Positions 35,855 through 45,428 of a DNA stretch of 64,000 nt are shown here, piece by piece. The stretch is taken from assembly GCA_002170395.1 (NCBI GenBank), contig NHEJ01000007.1:215441-279440 (forward strand), written 5' to 3'. The notes under the pieces are model-generated. The model worked only from the letters and a program-made list of their open reading frames with translations. It was not told the origin of the DNA and did no database searches. Position 1 is the stretch's first letter. Each line of letters opens with the position of its first letter. A program made the translations under genes and the position numbers. The DNA is from Betaproteobacteria bacterium TMED82. Lineage in GTDB: Bacteria; Pseudomonadota; Gammaproteobacteria; Burkholderiales; Burkholderiaceae_A.

Positions 35855-37234
35855 TCAGCTCCCATTGGACTGTAAAACTCTAGTGGGTTTACGTAAAAGC
35901 ACCAACTCTTCAGCACTTGTAGGGTGAACTGCTATAGTGTTATCCAAATCACTTTTTCTCATACCCATTTTGAATGGGATCGCCAGTGTCTGTATAATTT
36001 CAGGAGAATCATCTCCAATCATATGGGCTCCAACTATTTTATTATCGATTCCTTGAGCGATTATCTTAATGTAAATTTTCTTCTTTTTTGACGAAAAACT
36101 GTATTTCATTGGATTAAATTCTGATTCGAAGATTTTTATATTCTGATTTTCGAATTTTTTTTGTGCCTCAACTTCAGTCAATCCGAGGGAGCCGATAGGA
36201 GGATTTGAAAAAACTGCTGAGGCAACTGATTGATGTTCAACCTTCAATTTACCATTATTGAATTCGTTTTCGGCCAAGGCTCTTCCTTCGGCGATTGCTA
36301 CTGGAGTTAAATTGAGTCTATTCGTAACATCACCAATTGCAAAGATGTTGGGTATTGAGGTCTCGTTAAAGTCATTTACTAAAATTTCTCCAATTTTACC
36401 TCTCGCAATATTCAAACTTTTCTCAATCTCAGGAACATTTGGACTTCTCCCAAGCGCATTAAGAATCTTGTCAAATTGTTTTCTATGACCGTCAACGGTC
36501 ACTGTCAATTTTTTGCAGGATTTTTCAATTTTTTGGATATTACTGTTTGGATACATAGAAATCCCTAAAGACTCCATGTGACCAAAAAGTCTTTTGCGAA
36601 TATCTTTGTCAAAACCCTTAAGCGGTAGGTCTGATCGAAAAAACAAGGAGACATTTATGCCAAAATTACTAAGTATTGAAGCAAATTCTACGGCAATGTA
36701 ACCGGACCCTAAGACGGCTAATTCCTCCGGCAAATGATCCAATTCTAAAATATCATTCGAAGTAGAAGCTAAATTAAGCCCACTGATTGAATCTTTAACT
36801 GGTTTTCCCCCAGTGGCAATTACTATACGTTCGGTTGATAAGATTTCATTTTCAGTTTTTACTTTAGAACTATCATCAATGAAACCAAAACCCCTAAAAA
36901 GCCGAACGTTACTACTTAATAAAAGCTTTTCATAAATATCTTCAAGTCTTTTTATCTCCTCAGTTTTCTTTTTTTGCCACAGACTTGTATTAAAATGAAG
37001 GTCTCGGACGTTTATACCTTCCCAACAGAAAGTATTAATATTATGGATAGAGTCAATGCCTGTTGAAGCATACATCATAAGTTTTTTTGGTATGCAACCC
37101 CTTATGACGCAAGTGCCTCCTAATCTATCTCCTTCTATTAGTGCTACCTTAGCACCGTATTCAGAGGCTCTCCTGGCACAAGCAATGCCGCCAGATCCGC
37201 CACCAATTACCACTAAATCAAAATTTAATTTCAT
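35855..37234 (-). CDS. gor: Glutathione-disulfide reductase
   Basis: VIGGGSGGIA (FAD), the redox-active GGTCVIRGCIPKK motif and the C-terminal HPTSAEELV motif parallel E. coli Gor. Confidence 0.85.
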   Translation of the reverse strand: MKLNFDLVVIGGGSGGIACARRASEYGAKVALIEGDRLGGTCVIRGCIPKKLMMYASTGIDSIHNINTFCWEGINVRDLHFNTSLWQKKKTEEIKRLEDIYEKLLLSSNVRLFRGFGFIDDSSKVKTENEILSTERIVIATGGKPVKDSISGLNLASTSNDILELDHLPEELAVLGSGYIAVEFASILSNFGINVSLFFRSDLPLKGFDKDIRKRLFGHMESLGISMYPNSNIQKIEKSCKKLTVTVDGHRKQFDKILNALGRSPNVPEIEKSLNIARGKIGEILVNDFNETSIPNIFAIGDVTNRLNLTPVAIAEGRALAENEFNNGKLKVEHQSVASAVFSNPPIGSLGLTEVEAQKKFENQNIKIFESEFNPMKYSFSSKKKKIYIKIIAQGIDNKIVGAHMIGDDSPEIIQTLAIPFKMGMRKSDLDNTIAVHPTSAEELVLLRKPTRVLQSNGS

Positions 37235-37270
37235 TTTTATGCTTTCAAGAAGACTCAGATATATTTATAG

Positions 37271-38200
37271 ATGAATATTATAGACTCCTTTAAATATCTA
37301 GTTGCACTTGAGCAACATAAGCATTTTAGTCGGGCCGCTCAGGCATGTCATATCACCCAGCCAGCTCTTTCGAATGCTATTAAAGCCCTTGAGGAGGAGA
37401 TGAACATCAAAATTGTTAACAGGGGGAGGAATTATGAGGGGTTGACTCTTGAGGGAAATAGAGTTCTTGCAGCTGCCTATCAGGTACTTCATGAAATGAA
37501 TGCTTTAAAACAAGAGATTAAAGGGAGAAAGCATGAACCTAGGGGTGAGTTAGTAATTGGTTCAATTCCTAGTGCATTACCAATTGCAGCAAACTTTTCT
37601 GTTCTACTACAGGATAGTTTTCAAGGTTTGCGACCCGTCTTGAGATCAATGGCCTCGCACGAAATTGAGCTTGGTTTGGAAAAACTATCTATAGATTTAG
37701 CTTTTGGTTATATTGAAAGGCCTCAATTAGATGCCTATGAACCGAGAATTTTACACCAGTATCATGAAGAGTATTTTCTAATTACAAAGAGTGAGCTGTC
37801 TGAAGAAAAATTAGTCGACTCTTTATCTTGGCAAGAGGCTTCAGCATTACCACTTTGTCTTTTAACACCAGAGATGCACAATAGAGTATTAGTAGAGAAC
37901 TGTTTTAAAAAGGCCAATGTTAGCGTAACGCCAGCCATGGAAACGGATTCTATCTTTACTCTTCTTTTATGTATTCAAGCAGCAGGTCAGTTAGCTACAA
38001 TACTGTCAGGGCCTATGGCCAATGTCGCTGTTATAGGGAAAGAATTTTCGATTAGAAGATTGACTGATCCGCTAGAAAAAATTCCTGTCGGCATACTTAT
38101 GCCGTCGGGAAGGCAACTAACTATTATCCAAGAAACTGCTCATAAGGTAGCGAGCTCAAAGAGGTGGCATAGAATACTGAAGAGTATTTCAGTACCATAG
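37271..38200 (+). CDS. LysR-family transcriptional regulator
   Basis: It has an N-terminal wHTH (FSRAAQACHITQPALSNAIKALEEEM) plus a LysR substrate-binding domain. It is divergent from gor and lies upstream of the fdh operon. Confidence 0.9.
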   Translation: MNIIDSFKYLVALEQHKHFSRAAQACHITQPALSNAIKALEEEMNIKIVNRGRNYEGLTLEGNRVLAAAYQVLHEMNALKQEIKGRKHEPRGELVIGSIPSALPIAANFSVLLQDSFQGLRPVLRSMASHEIELGLEKLSIDLAFGYIERPQLDAYEPRILHQYHEEYFLITKSELSEEKLVDSLSWQEASALPLCLLTPEMHNRVLVENCFKKANVSVTPAMETDSIFTLLLCIQAAGQLATILSGPMANVAVIGKEFSIRRLTDPLEKIPVGILMPSGRQLTIIQETAHKVASSKRWHRILKSISVP

Positions 38201-38240
38201 GGTTAATTCCTATATTCAGTCATTGCAGCGCAACATTTCT

Positions 38241-38258
38241 AATTTGAATTAGACAGAA
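38241..38258. repeat. Direct repeat copy 1 (AATTTGAATTAGACAGAA), embedded in the palindrome TCTAATTTGAATTAGA (38238-38253)
   Basis: Read directly. 17 of 18 positions are identical to the copy at 38332-38349, 91 bp downstream, in the lysR-fdh intergenic region. Confidence 0.6.
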
Positions 38259-38331
38259 AAAAAATAGACACATACAGTTTAATCTTATAGTTTCTCTTTT
38301 TTATTGAAATTAACCACTCTTTCTCTTCAAA

Positions 38332-38349
38332 AATTTGAATTAGATAGAA
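38332..38349. repeat. Direct repeat copy 2 (AATTTGAATTAGATAGAA)
   Basis: Read directly. It is the partner of the copy at 38241-38258. Confidence 0.6.
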
Positions 38350-38367
38350 CTCAATGAGATACTTATT

Positions 38368-38386
38368 GTCAATAAATATTATTGAC
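38368..38386. promoter_or_regulatory. Perfect 19-bp palindrome GTCAATAAATATTATTGAC (8-bp arms, 3-nt spacer) just upstream of the fdh RBS; candidate operator
   Basis: Read directly. It lies 5 nt upstream of GGAG (38392-38395) and 15 nt upstream of the fdh ATG at 38402. A TTA-N7-TAA LysR-like half-site overlaps it. The function is inferred only. Confidence 0.35.
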
Positions 38387-38401
38387 TTACCGGAGTGTTA
38401 G

Positions 38402-40222
38402 ATGAGTGAACCTGTTGGTACCGCAGAAACGGTTTCCATTCGCATTGCTGATATAAAAAGACCGAGGAAAAGATCAAAAAAGGATCAGGCAAAAGCCAAG
38501 GGGCTTCAGGCGGATAAATTTTCCATTGAAGATATTAAGTCGTTGCGGGGGATAGTGTTGGACCGAAGAGATCTTTTAATTGAAAATCTCCATCTGATCC
38601 AAGATAAATATCTTGGTTTGAAGGAAAAACATTTAGTCGCGCTAGCTAAACTTATGAATTTGCCAATGGCAGAAGTTTATGAGGTTGCCTCTTTCTATCA
38701 TCACTTTGACCTTCTCAAGGATCACCAGCAGCCTGCGCAAGTTACCGTACGTGTTTGTGATAGTGTTTCGTGTGAATTAGCAGGTGCTGACGACCTATAT
38801 GAAAAATTAAATAGTCATACACAGAAAAATGTAAGAATTGTGAGGGTTCCGTGCGTAGGTAGGTGCGAGCAAGCACCCGTGGCAGTGGTTTATCAGAACC
38901 CTATTCCATTTGCTAAGTACGAAAATGTTGCTAGTTACATCGAAAAACAAAAAATCGTACATGAACCAGCGAAGAGTGGAAACGAAAATTATCAGGGCTT
39001 GTATTTTAACCCTGTAGATTTTGTTGAAAAGAGCTTGCCGAGCTTTGGAAATGATGGATCAGTTTCTCCGCGGTATGTTGGCTTCGAAGAATATATTGCA
39101 AATAATGGTTACCAGCTCGCCAAATCCTTTTTCTGCGGCAAAGCTGATTTTGATCACGCCATCGAGACTATGAAAAATTCGGGTTTAAGGGGTCTGGGGG
39201 GTGCAGGGTTTCCTGTTGGCAAGAAATGGAGTATTGTCCGAGATCAACCGGGGCGACGGCTGATGGCTGTCAATATTGATGAGGGTGAGCCTGGTACATT
39301 TAAAGACAGAACATATTTGGAGCGGGATCCGCATAGGTTTCTCGAGGGTATGCTTATTGCTGCTAAAATCGTCGGAATTGAATCCTGTTACATATATTTA
39401 CGTGACGAATATCATGGTTGCAGAGCACTATTAGAAAAGGAGATAGTGAAGATGCAACAGGGGTTAGACTTCCAAATTCCTAAAATTGAATTAAGGCGAG
39501 GTGCGGGGGCTTACATTTGTGGTGAGGAATCTGCAATGATTGAGAGTATTGAAGGAAAAAGGGGTGAACCGCGAATGAGACCACCTTACATTGCTCAAGT
39601 TGGCCTTTTCGGTTTACCAACGTTAGAGCACAATTTCGAATCTCTTTATTGGGTTAAAGATATTTTAGAGAGAGGAGCTGAATGGTTTGCCTCTTTTGGA
39701 AGACATGGCAGAACAGGACTTCGAAGTTTTAGTGTCAGTGGAAGAGTAAAGTCCCCAGGCGTAAAGCTTGCTCCTGCAGGAATTACTGTTCAAGAGTTGA
39801 TCGACGAGTATTGTGATGGAATGATGGAAGGTCATGAATTTTACGGGTATTTACCGGGCGGTGCGTCAGGGGGAATACTCCCTGCAAACCTCAACAATAT
39901 TCCCTTGGATTTCGATACGTTGCAAGCTCACGGTTGCTTCATTGGTTCCGCTGCGGTAATGGTCTTTAGTGACAAAGATAAGGCAAGTAAATTAGCTCTA
40001 AATGTTATGAGATTTTTTGAACATGAAAGTTGTGGACAGTGCACGCCTTGTAGAGTTGGTACGGCAAAAGCCCACAAATTGATGAAAGAAATTTCTTGGA
40101 ATGCTGATGCGTTAAATGATCTTAAAACCGTCATGACTGATTCGTCTATCTGCGGGTTGGGTCAGGCTGCCTCTAACCCTATAAACTGTGTGCAAAGGTA
40201 CTTTAAAGACGAGATTAAATAA
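38402..40222 (+). CDS. NAD-dependent formate dehydrogenase beta subunit (NuoE-like 2Fe-2S domain fused to a NuoF-like FMN/NAD/4Fe-4S domain)
   Basis: It has the N-terminal NuoE pattern (CDSVSC...CVGRC), GLRGLGGAGFPVGKKW (NuoF FMN/NAD site) and ESCGQCTPCR (4Fe-4S). The fused architecture is the same as described for Methylobacterium extorquens Fdh1B. Confidence 0.85.
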   Translation: MSEPVGTAETVSIRIADIKRPRKRSKKDQAKAKGLQADKFSIEDIKSLRGIVLDRRDLLIENLHLIQDKYLGLKEKHLVALAKLMNLPMAEVYEVASFYHHFDLLKDHQQPAQVTVRVCDSVSCELAGADDLYEKLNSHTQKNVRIVRVPCVGRCEQAPVAVVYQNPIPFAKYENVASYIEKQKIVHEPAKSGNENYQGLYFNPVDFVEKSLPSFGNDGSVSPRYVGFEEYIANNGYQLAKSFFCGKADFDHAIETMKNSGLRGLGGAGFPVGKKWSIVRDQPGRRLMAVNIDEGEPGTFKDRTYLERDPHRFLEGMLIAAKIVGIESCYIYLRDEYHGCRALLEKEIVKMQQGLDFQIPKIELRRGAGAYICGEESAMIESIEGKRGEPRMRPPYIAQVGLFGLPTLEHNFESLYWVKDILERGAEWFASFGRHGRTGLRSFSVSGRVKSPGVKLAPAGITVQELIDEYCDGMMEGHEFYGYLPGGASGGILPANLNNIPLDFDTLQAHGCFIGSAAVMVFSDKDKASKLALNVMRFFEHESCGQCTPCRVGTAKAHKLMKEISWNADALNDLKTVMTDSSICGLGQAASNPINCVQRYFKDEIK

Positions 40223-43038
40223 TGAACGCACCAGAAAATTTCTTAAAATTAGTTGAAAAAAAGCCCATCAAGCTTACCTTAGATGGCGAGGTTGTAGTTG
40301 CGTACGAAGGGGAATCGATTTTAGAAGTTGCTGAGAGAGAGGGGAAGATAATTCCAAGATTGTGTTTCACCCCAGGTTACAGGGCTGATGGTAATTGTAG
40401 AGCCTGTGTCGTCGAAATAGAAGGTGAAAGGGTTCTAGCTCCTAGTTGTTGCCGGTCCGTCAAGGATGGAATGGTAGTAAGCTCGGAAAGTGATAGATCT
40501 AGGAAAAATCAAAAATTAATTTTGGAAATGCTTTTAGCTGATATGCCGGATGAAGGGTTTAAGTGGAATGATGTCGATGGGGAATCAGTTCATGGAGAGC
40601 TGTCCTTTTGGTCAGAAAAGCTTGGTGTAAAAGTTCGGGAAAAATTTAAGGAGACAAAAAGGTCTTCGGTACCCGAGGATTCCTCCCATCCTGCAATGTT
40701 GGTGAACCTTTCAGCATGTATACAGTGTGATCGATGTGTACGCGCTTGTCGTGAAGAGCAAGTAAATGATGTGATTGGAGTTCATGGAAGAGGCGCTGCC
40801 ACAAAAATCATATTTGACGTGGACTCGACCATGGGAGCGAGCACTTGCGTTGCGTGCGGTGAATGTGTTCAGGCTTGTCCAACTGGGGCTTTAATGCCGA
40901 AATCATTAGTCGGAGATCAAACAGTGGACAAAACTGTTGATTCTGTTTGTCCTTTTTGCGGGGTTGGTTGTTTGCTTAAGTATAAGGTTAAAAATGAAAA
41001 TATAGTCGCTGTTGAAGGCAGAGATGGTCCTGCCAACAAAAGCAGACTTTGCGTAAAAGGACGATTCGGGTTTGACTATGCTCACCACCCAAGTCGCTTG
41101 ACAAAACCTCTGATTCGTAGAAAAGGAGTTGAAAAAAATACCGGGCAATGTTCTAGCACTAGTTCTTGGGAGGATGTGTTTCGGGAAGCTAGTTGGGAAG
41201 AGGCACTCGAAGTGGCATATGGTGGGTTAAACGGATTGCGCAATAAATACGGGTTCGGTGCTCTAGCAGGATTTGGCTCTGCGAAGGGCAGCAACGAAGA
41301 AGCCTATCTTTTTCAAAAACTCGTGCGGACAGCCTTCTATAATAATAATGTTGACCACTGTACCAGGTTGTGTCACGCGTCCAGCGTTGCGGCCTTGTTG
41401 GAAGGAGTGGGGTCTGGAGCGGTTAGTAACCAAGTTGGTGATGTTCAAAATTCAGAAGTTATTCTCATTATCGGATCCAATCCGACAGAAAACCACCCCG
41501 TTGCTGCTACTTGGATGAAGAATGCTGCAAAAAGCGGAACAAAAATTATATTGGCAGATCCTAGGTTAACGACCATTTCTCATTACGCTTGGCGGTCTTT
41601 AGCCTTCAAACCAGGAAGCGATATTGCCTTAATAAATGGGTTGATCAATGTGATTATCAATGAAGGTCTCGTGGCTGACGAGTTTGTTCACGAAAGAGTT
41701 AATAATTTTGACGAGTTAGCTGAAAAAGTTAAGTCTTACACCCCAGAATCAATCTACAACTCCACTGGAATATCTCCGGAATTGGTTAGAGAGGTAGCAA
41801 TTGAATTTGCGAGGTCTAAAGCTTCTATGATTTTGTGGGGTATGGGGGTCAGTCAGCATGTGCATGGTACTGATAATGCAAGAAGTTTAATCGCCCTGGC
41901 CAGCATTACTGGACAAATCGGAAGGCCAGGAACGGGGCTACATCCTCTACGTGGTCAGAATAATGTTCAAGGCGCAAGTGATGCGGGTCTGATTCCTATG
42001 ATGCTCCCAAACTACCAAAAAATATCTGATAAAGTCTCCCGAACTTGGTTTGAAAATTTTTGGGGCTCCGAACTTAATCCTTCACCCGGATTGACGGTAA
42101 CAGAAATAATGGATAAAGTTTTCGCTGATGACAGTGACCCTCTCAAAGTCTATGGAATGTATATTATGGGTGAAAATCCGGCTATGAGTGATCCCAACTT
42201 AAATCATGCTAGAAACGCATTGGCCAATCTTCAGCATCTTGTAGTACAGGACATATTTATGACTGAAACAGCTTGGCTAGCTGACGTTATACTGCCTGCT
42301 TCCGCTTGGCCGGAAAAGACTGGGACTGTTACTAATACTGACCGGATGGTGCAGCTCGGCAGAAAAGCAATCGACCCTCCTGGACAAGCACGACAGGATC
42401 TTTGGATTATTCAGCAAATCGCTTCTGGAATGGGTTTGTCGTGGAGTTACAAAGGTAGTGACAGTGGAGTTTCAGAAGTCTATGATGAGATGAGGCACGC
42501 AATGAAAGGGTCTATTTGGGGAATTACTTGGGAACGGCTTTGTGATGAATCAAGCGTAACTTATCCATGTGCAGATGAGTCTGATCCCGGACAGCCTGTG
42601 GTTTTCATCGATTCTGTGCCAACCTCTGACGGCAAAATTAACTTGGTTCCCGCAGAGGCTGGCAGTCCTGATGAGAAGCCTGATGAAGATTATCCTTTTG
42701 CTCTTATTACCGGTAGGCAACTAGAGCACTGGCATACTGGGAGTATGACAAGGAGAGCCTCTGTGTTAGATGCGATTGAGCCTGCACCCTCCGTTTCTAT
42801 GCATGGTTGGGATATTGAGAAGTTGGGTTTAACAGCTGGTGACAGGGTTAAGATCGCTTCGAGGAGAGGCAAACTTGAAGTTTTGCTTAGGAGGGACGAT
42901 CGTACTCCGAGAGGAAATGTTTTTATGGCTTTTGCTTACAGAGAGGCAGCGGCTAACATGTTGACAAACGCCGCTATAGATCCAATTGCGAAAATTCCGG
43001 AATTTAAATATTGTGCAGTTTCGGTTAACCCAGTCTAG
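40222..43038 (+). CDS. Formate dehydrogenase alpha subunit (Mo/W-bis-MGD, Cys-type)
   Basis: It has an N-terminal 2Fe-2S domain, two 4Fe-4S ferredoxin motifs (CIQCDRCVRAC; CVACGECVQACP), the CPFCGVGC cluster, the HCTRLCHASS active-site Cys (not a TGA Sec codon) and a C-terminal MGD-binding domain. The start overlaps the beta-subunit stop (TAATG). Confidence 0.9.
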   Translation: MNAPENFLKLVEKKPIKLTLDGEVVVAYEGESILEVAEREGKIIPRLCFTPGYRADGNCRACVVEIEGERVLAPSCCRSVKDGMVVSSESDRSRKNQKLILEMLLADMPDEGFKWNDVDGESVHGELSFWSEKLGVKVREKFKETKRSSVPEDSSHPAMLVNLSACIQCDRCVRACREEQVNDVIGVHGRGAATKIIFDVDSTMGASTCVACGECVQACPTGALMPKSLVGDQTVDKTVDSVCPFCGVGCLLKYKVKNENIVAVEGRDGPANKSRLCVKGRFGFDYAHHPSRLTKPLIRRKGVEKNTGQCSSTSSWEDVFREASWEEALEVAYGGLNGLRNKYGFGALAGFGSAKGSNEEAYLFQKLVRTAFYNNNVDHCTRLCHASSVAALLEGVGSGAVSNQVGDVQNSEVILIIGSNPTENHPVAATWMKNAAKSGTKIILADPRLTTISHYAWRSLAFKPGSDIALINGLINVIINEGLVADEFVHERVNNFDELAEKVKSYTPESIYNSTGISPELVREVAIEFARSKASMILWGMGVSQHVHGTDNARSLIALASITGQIGRPGTGLHPLRGQNNVQGASDAGLIPMMLPNYQKISDKVSRTWFENFWGSELNPSPGLTVTEIMDKVFADDSDPLKVYGMYIMGENPAMSDPNLNHARNALANLQHLVVQDIFMTETAWLADVILPASAWPEKTGTVTNTDRMVQLGRKAIDPPGQARQDLWIIQQIASGMGLSWSYKGSDSGVSEVYDEMRHAMKGSIWGITWERLCDESSVTYPCADESDPGQPVVFIDSVPTSDGKINLVPAEAGSPDEKPDEDYPFALITGRQLEHWHTGSMTRRASVLDAIEPAPSVSMHGWDIEKLGLTAGDRVKIASRRGKLEVLLRRDDRTPRGNVFMAFAYREAAANMLTNAAIDPIAKIPEFKYCAVSVNPV

Positions 43039-43039
43039 T

Positions 43040-43681
43040 TCAAGGGTTTATAAGGCCACTCTTCATTGCGATTAACGTTATCTCAGCCTGATTGGTCGCT
43101 TTTAGCTTTTGCTTTATGTTGTATAAGTGAGTTCCTACTGTTCGCGGCGATAAATGCAACGTTTTAGCGATTTCATTGACGGTATTGCCATTTGCTAAGG
43201 CCATAAAAACATCAAACTCTCTACCAGATAGAACTTCAACGGGCGAGGAATCTCCGCCTAATTGTTGCACCGCCATTTTTTGTGCGATAGCTGCTTCAAC
43301 ATACATACCCCCAGAAAAAACTTGACGGATCGCTTTTATCAGCTCGTCAGCAGCTCCTCTTTTAGACAAATAGCCGGTTGCACCCGCCTTTAAAGATCGT
43401 TTGGGGTGAATGGCGTCCTCATGAGCAGATAAAATTAAAATTTTTGGAGGATTCGGTTTAGTATTCACCCTAGAAATCGTTTCCAGTCCTCCAATCCCTG
43501 GCATTGAAAGGTCCATAACCAATACATCTACTTGCTTTTTTCCTATTTCTTTAAGGACTTCTTCACCGCTCTCAGCTTCTCCGGTAACCTCCATGTCGGA
43601 AGTATCTTGCAGTAATAAACGAAAACCCATTCTCACTACTGCATGATCGTCTGCAAGCAGAACTCTAATTTTTTTTTCCAT
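43040..43681 (-). CDS. NarL/FixJ-family response regulator
   Basis: A receiver domain (LLADDH..., DVLVMDLSMPG) is followed by a LuxR-type HTH (LSGREFDVFMALANGNTVNEIA). Confidence 0.9.
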   Translation of the reverse strand: MEKKIRVLLADDHAVVRMGFRLLLQDTSDMEVTGEAESGEEVLKEIGKKQVDVLVMDLSMPGIGGLETISRVNTKPNPPKILILSAHEDAIHPKRSLKAGATGYLSKRGAADELIKAIRQVFSGGMYVEAAIAQKMAVQQLGGDSSPVEVLSGREFDVFMALANGNTVNEIAKTLHLSPRTVGTHLYNIKQKLKATNQAEITLIAMKSGLINP

Positions 43682-43703
43682 ATCTTTTTCTTAAACCTTT
43701 AAA

Positions 43704-45428
43704 TTATAAAGAGGGGATAGAAGCGACTATCTTAGTGCCACGGTTTCTATTAGTTTCAATTACTAAAGTTCCTCCAAGGTTTTGTATCCTCTCACGTATT
43801 CCTTTTAAACCAAAACGGTCTGGGATATTAAGTCTGTTGTTAGATATGCCAATTCCATCATCAGATATAGTTAGGATAGTTATAGGTTTTAGAAAGGGTA
43901 CTAACGTTTCTTTTGTTAAGTTGATGTCAATACTTACATTTTTAGCTTTCGAATGTTTTATGGCGTTATTAAGGCATTCTTGAGCAACTCTAAAAAGAGA
44001 GATTTCTGACTCTTTATTTAAGTTAATTTTTTTTGCCGAAAAGGTGAAGTTTATTTCCTCATGAATTTTTTGCAGTTCATCGATTGTTTCTTTTAGGGTT
44101 TCGATCAACCCAAATCTCTCTAAAGTTATGGGTCTTAACCTCCTAATGATATTATGTACAGCGTCGTATATCTGACCAGCAGCAGAAACAATTGCCGTAC
44201 TGCTTGAGTAAACTTTTTTATCTCCATCTTTGCTCCTATTTGCAATCGAAGTAGCGATAGTTTTTATGGCAGTTACATACTGCCCTAACTCGTCGTGTAA
44301 TTCCATTGCTAGAGCTTTTCTTTCCTCCTCAAGTCTTTTTTGCACAACCGTTGTCAATTCTCGATTCTTTTCTAATTCAAGTTTTGTTTTTTCAGCAGCT
44401 CTTTTTTCGGAAAGATCTCTAATAACAAAAAGAGTACCAAGAATACTATTTGTCTCAGGTTCAACTATTGGGGTGACTTTTTCGGACACTTCTATTTTCC
44501 TGCCAGATCTCGTTTTTCTTAAAGTTTCGAACGCATCCCGATGTTCAAGATTTAAAATATTTTCGAGGTTCGTATCAATTTCATGAATTAAATTATTGGG
44601 AGAAATTAACCGAATATTTTGATTTCTGAACCCCTCGCCCTGGTATTCAAACAATTTCTCAGCTGCCGGGTTCCAAAAATTTATCATACCATCAGTGTTT
44701 GTTAAAAACAGAGCATCTGATGATTGATTGATGGAGAGCGCGAGTCGATTATTTTCTTTAATACCTAATTCGAGAGCCGTAGCCATTTGATTGAACCTCT
44801 TTGTCACTGCATGAAATTCGGCTATAGGATAGTTTGGAAGCCGAGTTTGTAAATTGCCTTTTGTCATTAATTCCAAACCTTCGACTAAGCTTTTTATGGG
44901 TGAAAAAGCTCTACTTATTATCCAGAAACTCCAAAGATTCAGAATGAAAAAAAATGCTATTGCTAAAATAACTAGGTCAATAACTTCATCCCACGCGTCA
45001 AGTATAGCCCTAGACGGATCTGGTAATATCTGAAGAGATAACCCTTTAGCAGGTATTGTAAATGGGGCTATTTTAGGAGTGACAAAATTTGAAAACCACT
45101 CTGGAGCATATCTACCTGCTTTATATTTGCTAGGGGGAGAAACATACAATATATCTCCAATGCCATTTCTGAGAATAATTTCATGTGCTCTTACTCTCCC
45201 AAGATTTTTTAGAAATAACACCAAGTCTGTCTCTCGATTTTTACCAAGGGCAGATATTTGAGTGTTAGAAAGAAAAATTGATAGGAGTTTAACTGTAACC
45301 TTCGTGCCGGCAGCCATCTCTTCTCTGATTTGTTTTCTGATATCTTGTATTTGTAAGATAGCAGTGGATCCAATGAAAATTATCATCAAAATTGATACTA
45401 GTAAGTTAATTCTTAATCGAAGACTCAT
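43704..45428 (-). CDS. Sensor histidine kinase (2 TM, HAMP, PAS, HisKA_3, HATPase_c)
   Basis: It has an N-terminal TM helix, a second TM helix before a HAMP-like segment, a PAS-like region (FWNPAAEKLF), the H-box MELHDELGQ (NarX/UhpB type) and G-boxes near the C-terminus. Confidence 0.9.
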   Translation of the reverse strand: MSLRLRINLLVSILMIIFIGSTAILQIQDIRKQIREEMAAGTKVTVKLLSIFLSNTQISALGKNRETDLVLFLKNLGRVRAHEIILRNGIGDILYVSPPSKYKAGRYAPEWFSNFVTPKIAPFTIPAKGLSLQILPDPSRAILDAWDEVIDLVILAIAFFFILNLWSFWIISRAFSPIKSLVEGLELMTKGNLQTRLPNYPIAEFHAVTKRFNQMATALELGIKENNRLALSINQSSDALFLTNTDGMINFWNPAAEKLFEYQGEGFRNQNIRLISPNNLIHEIDTNLENILNLEHRDAFETLRKTRSGRKIEVSEKVTPIVEPETNSILGTLFVIRDLSEKRAAEKTKLELEKNRELTTVVQKRLEEERKALAMELHDELGQYVTAIKTIATSIANRSKDGDKKVYSSSTAIVSAAGQIYDAVHNIIRRLRPITLERFGLIETLKETIDELQKIHEEINFTFSAKKINLNKESEISLFRVAQECLNNAIKHSKAKNVSIDINLTKETLVPFLKPITILTISDDGIGISNNRLNIPDRFGLKGIRERIQNLGGTLVIETNRNRGTKIVASIPSL

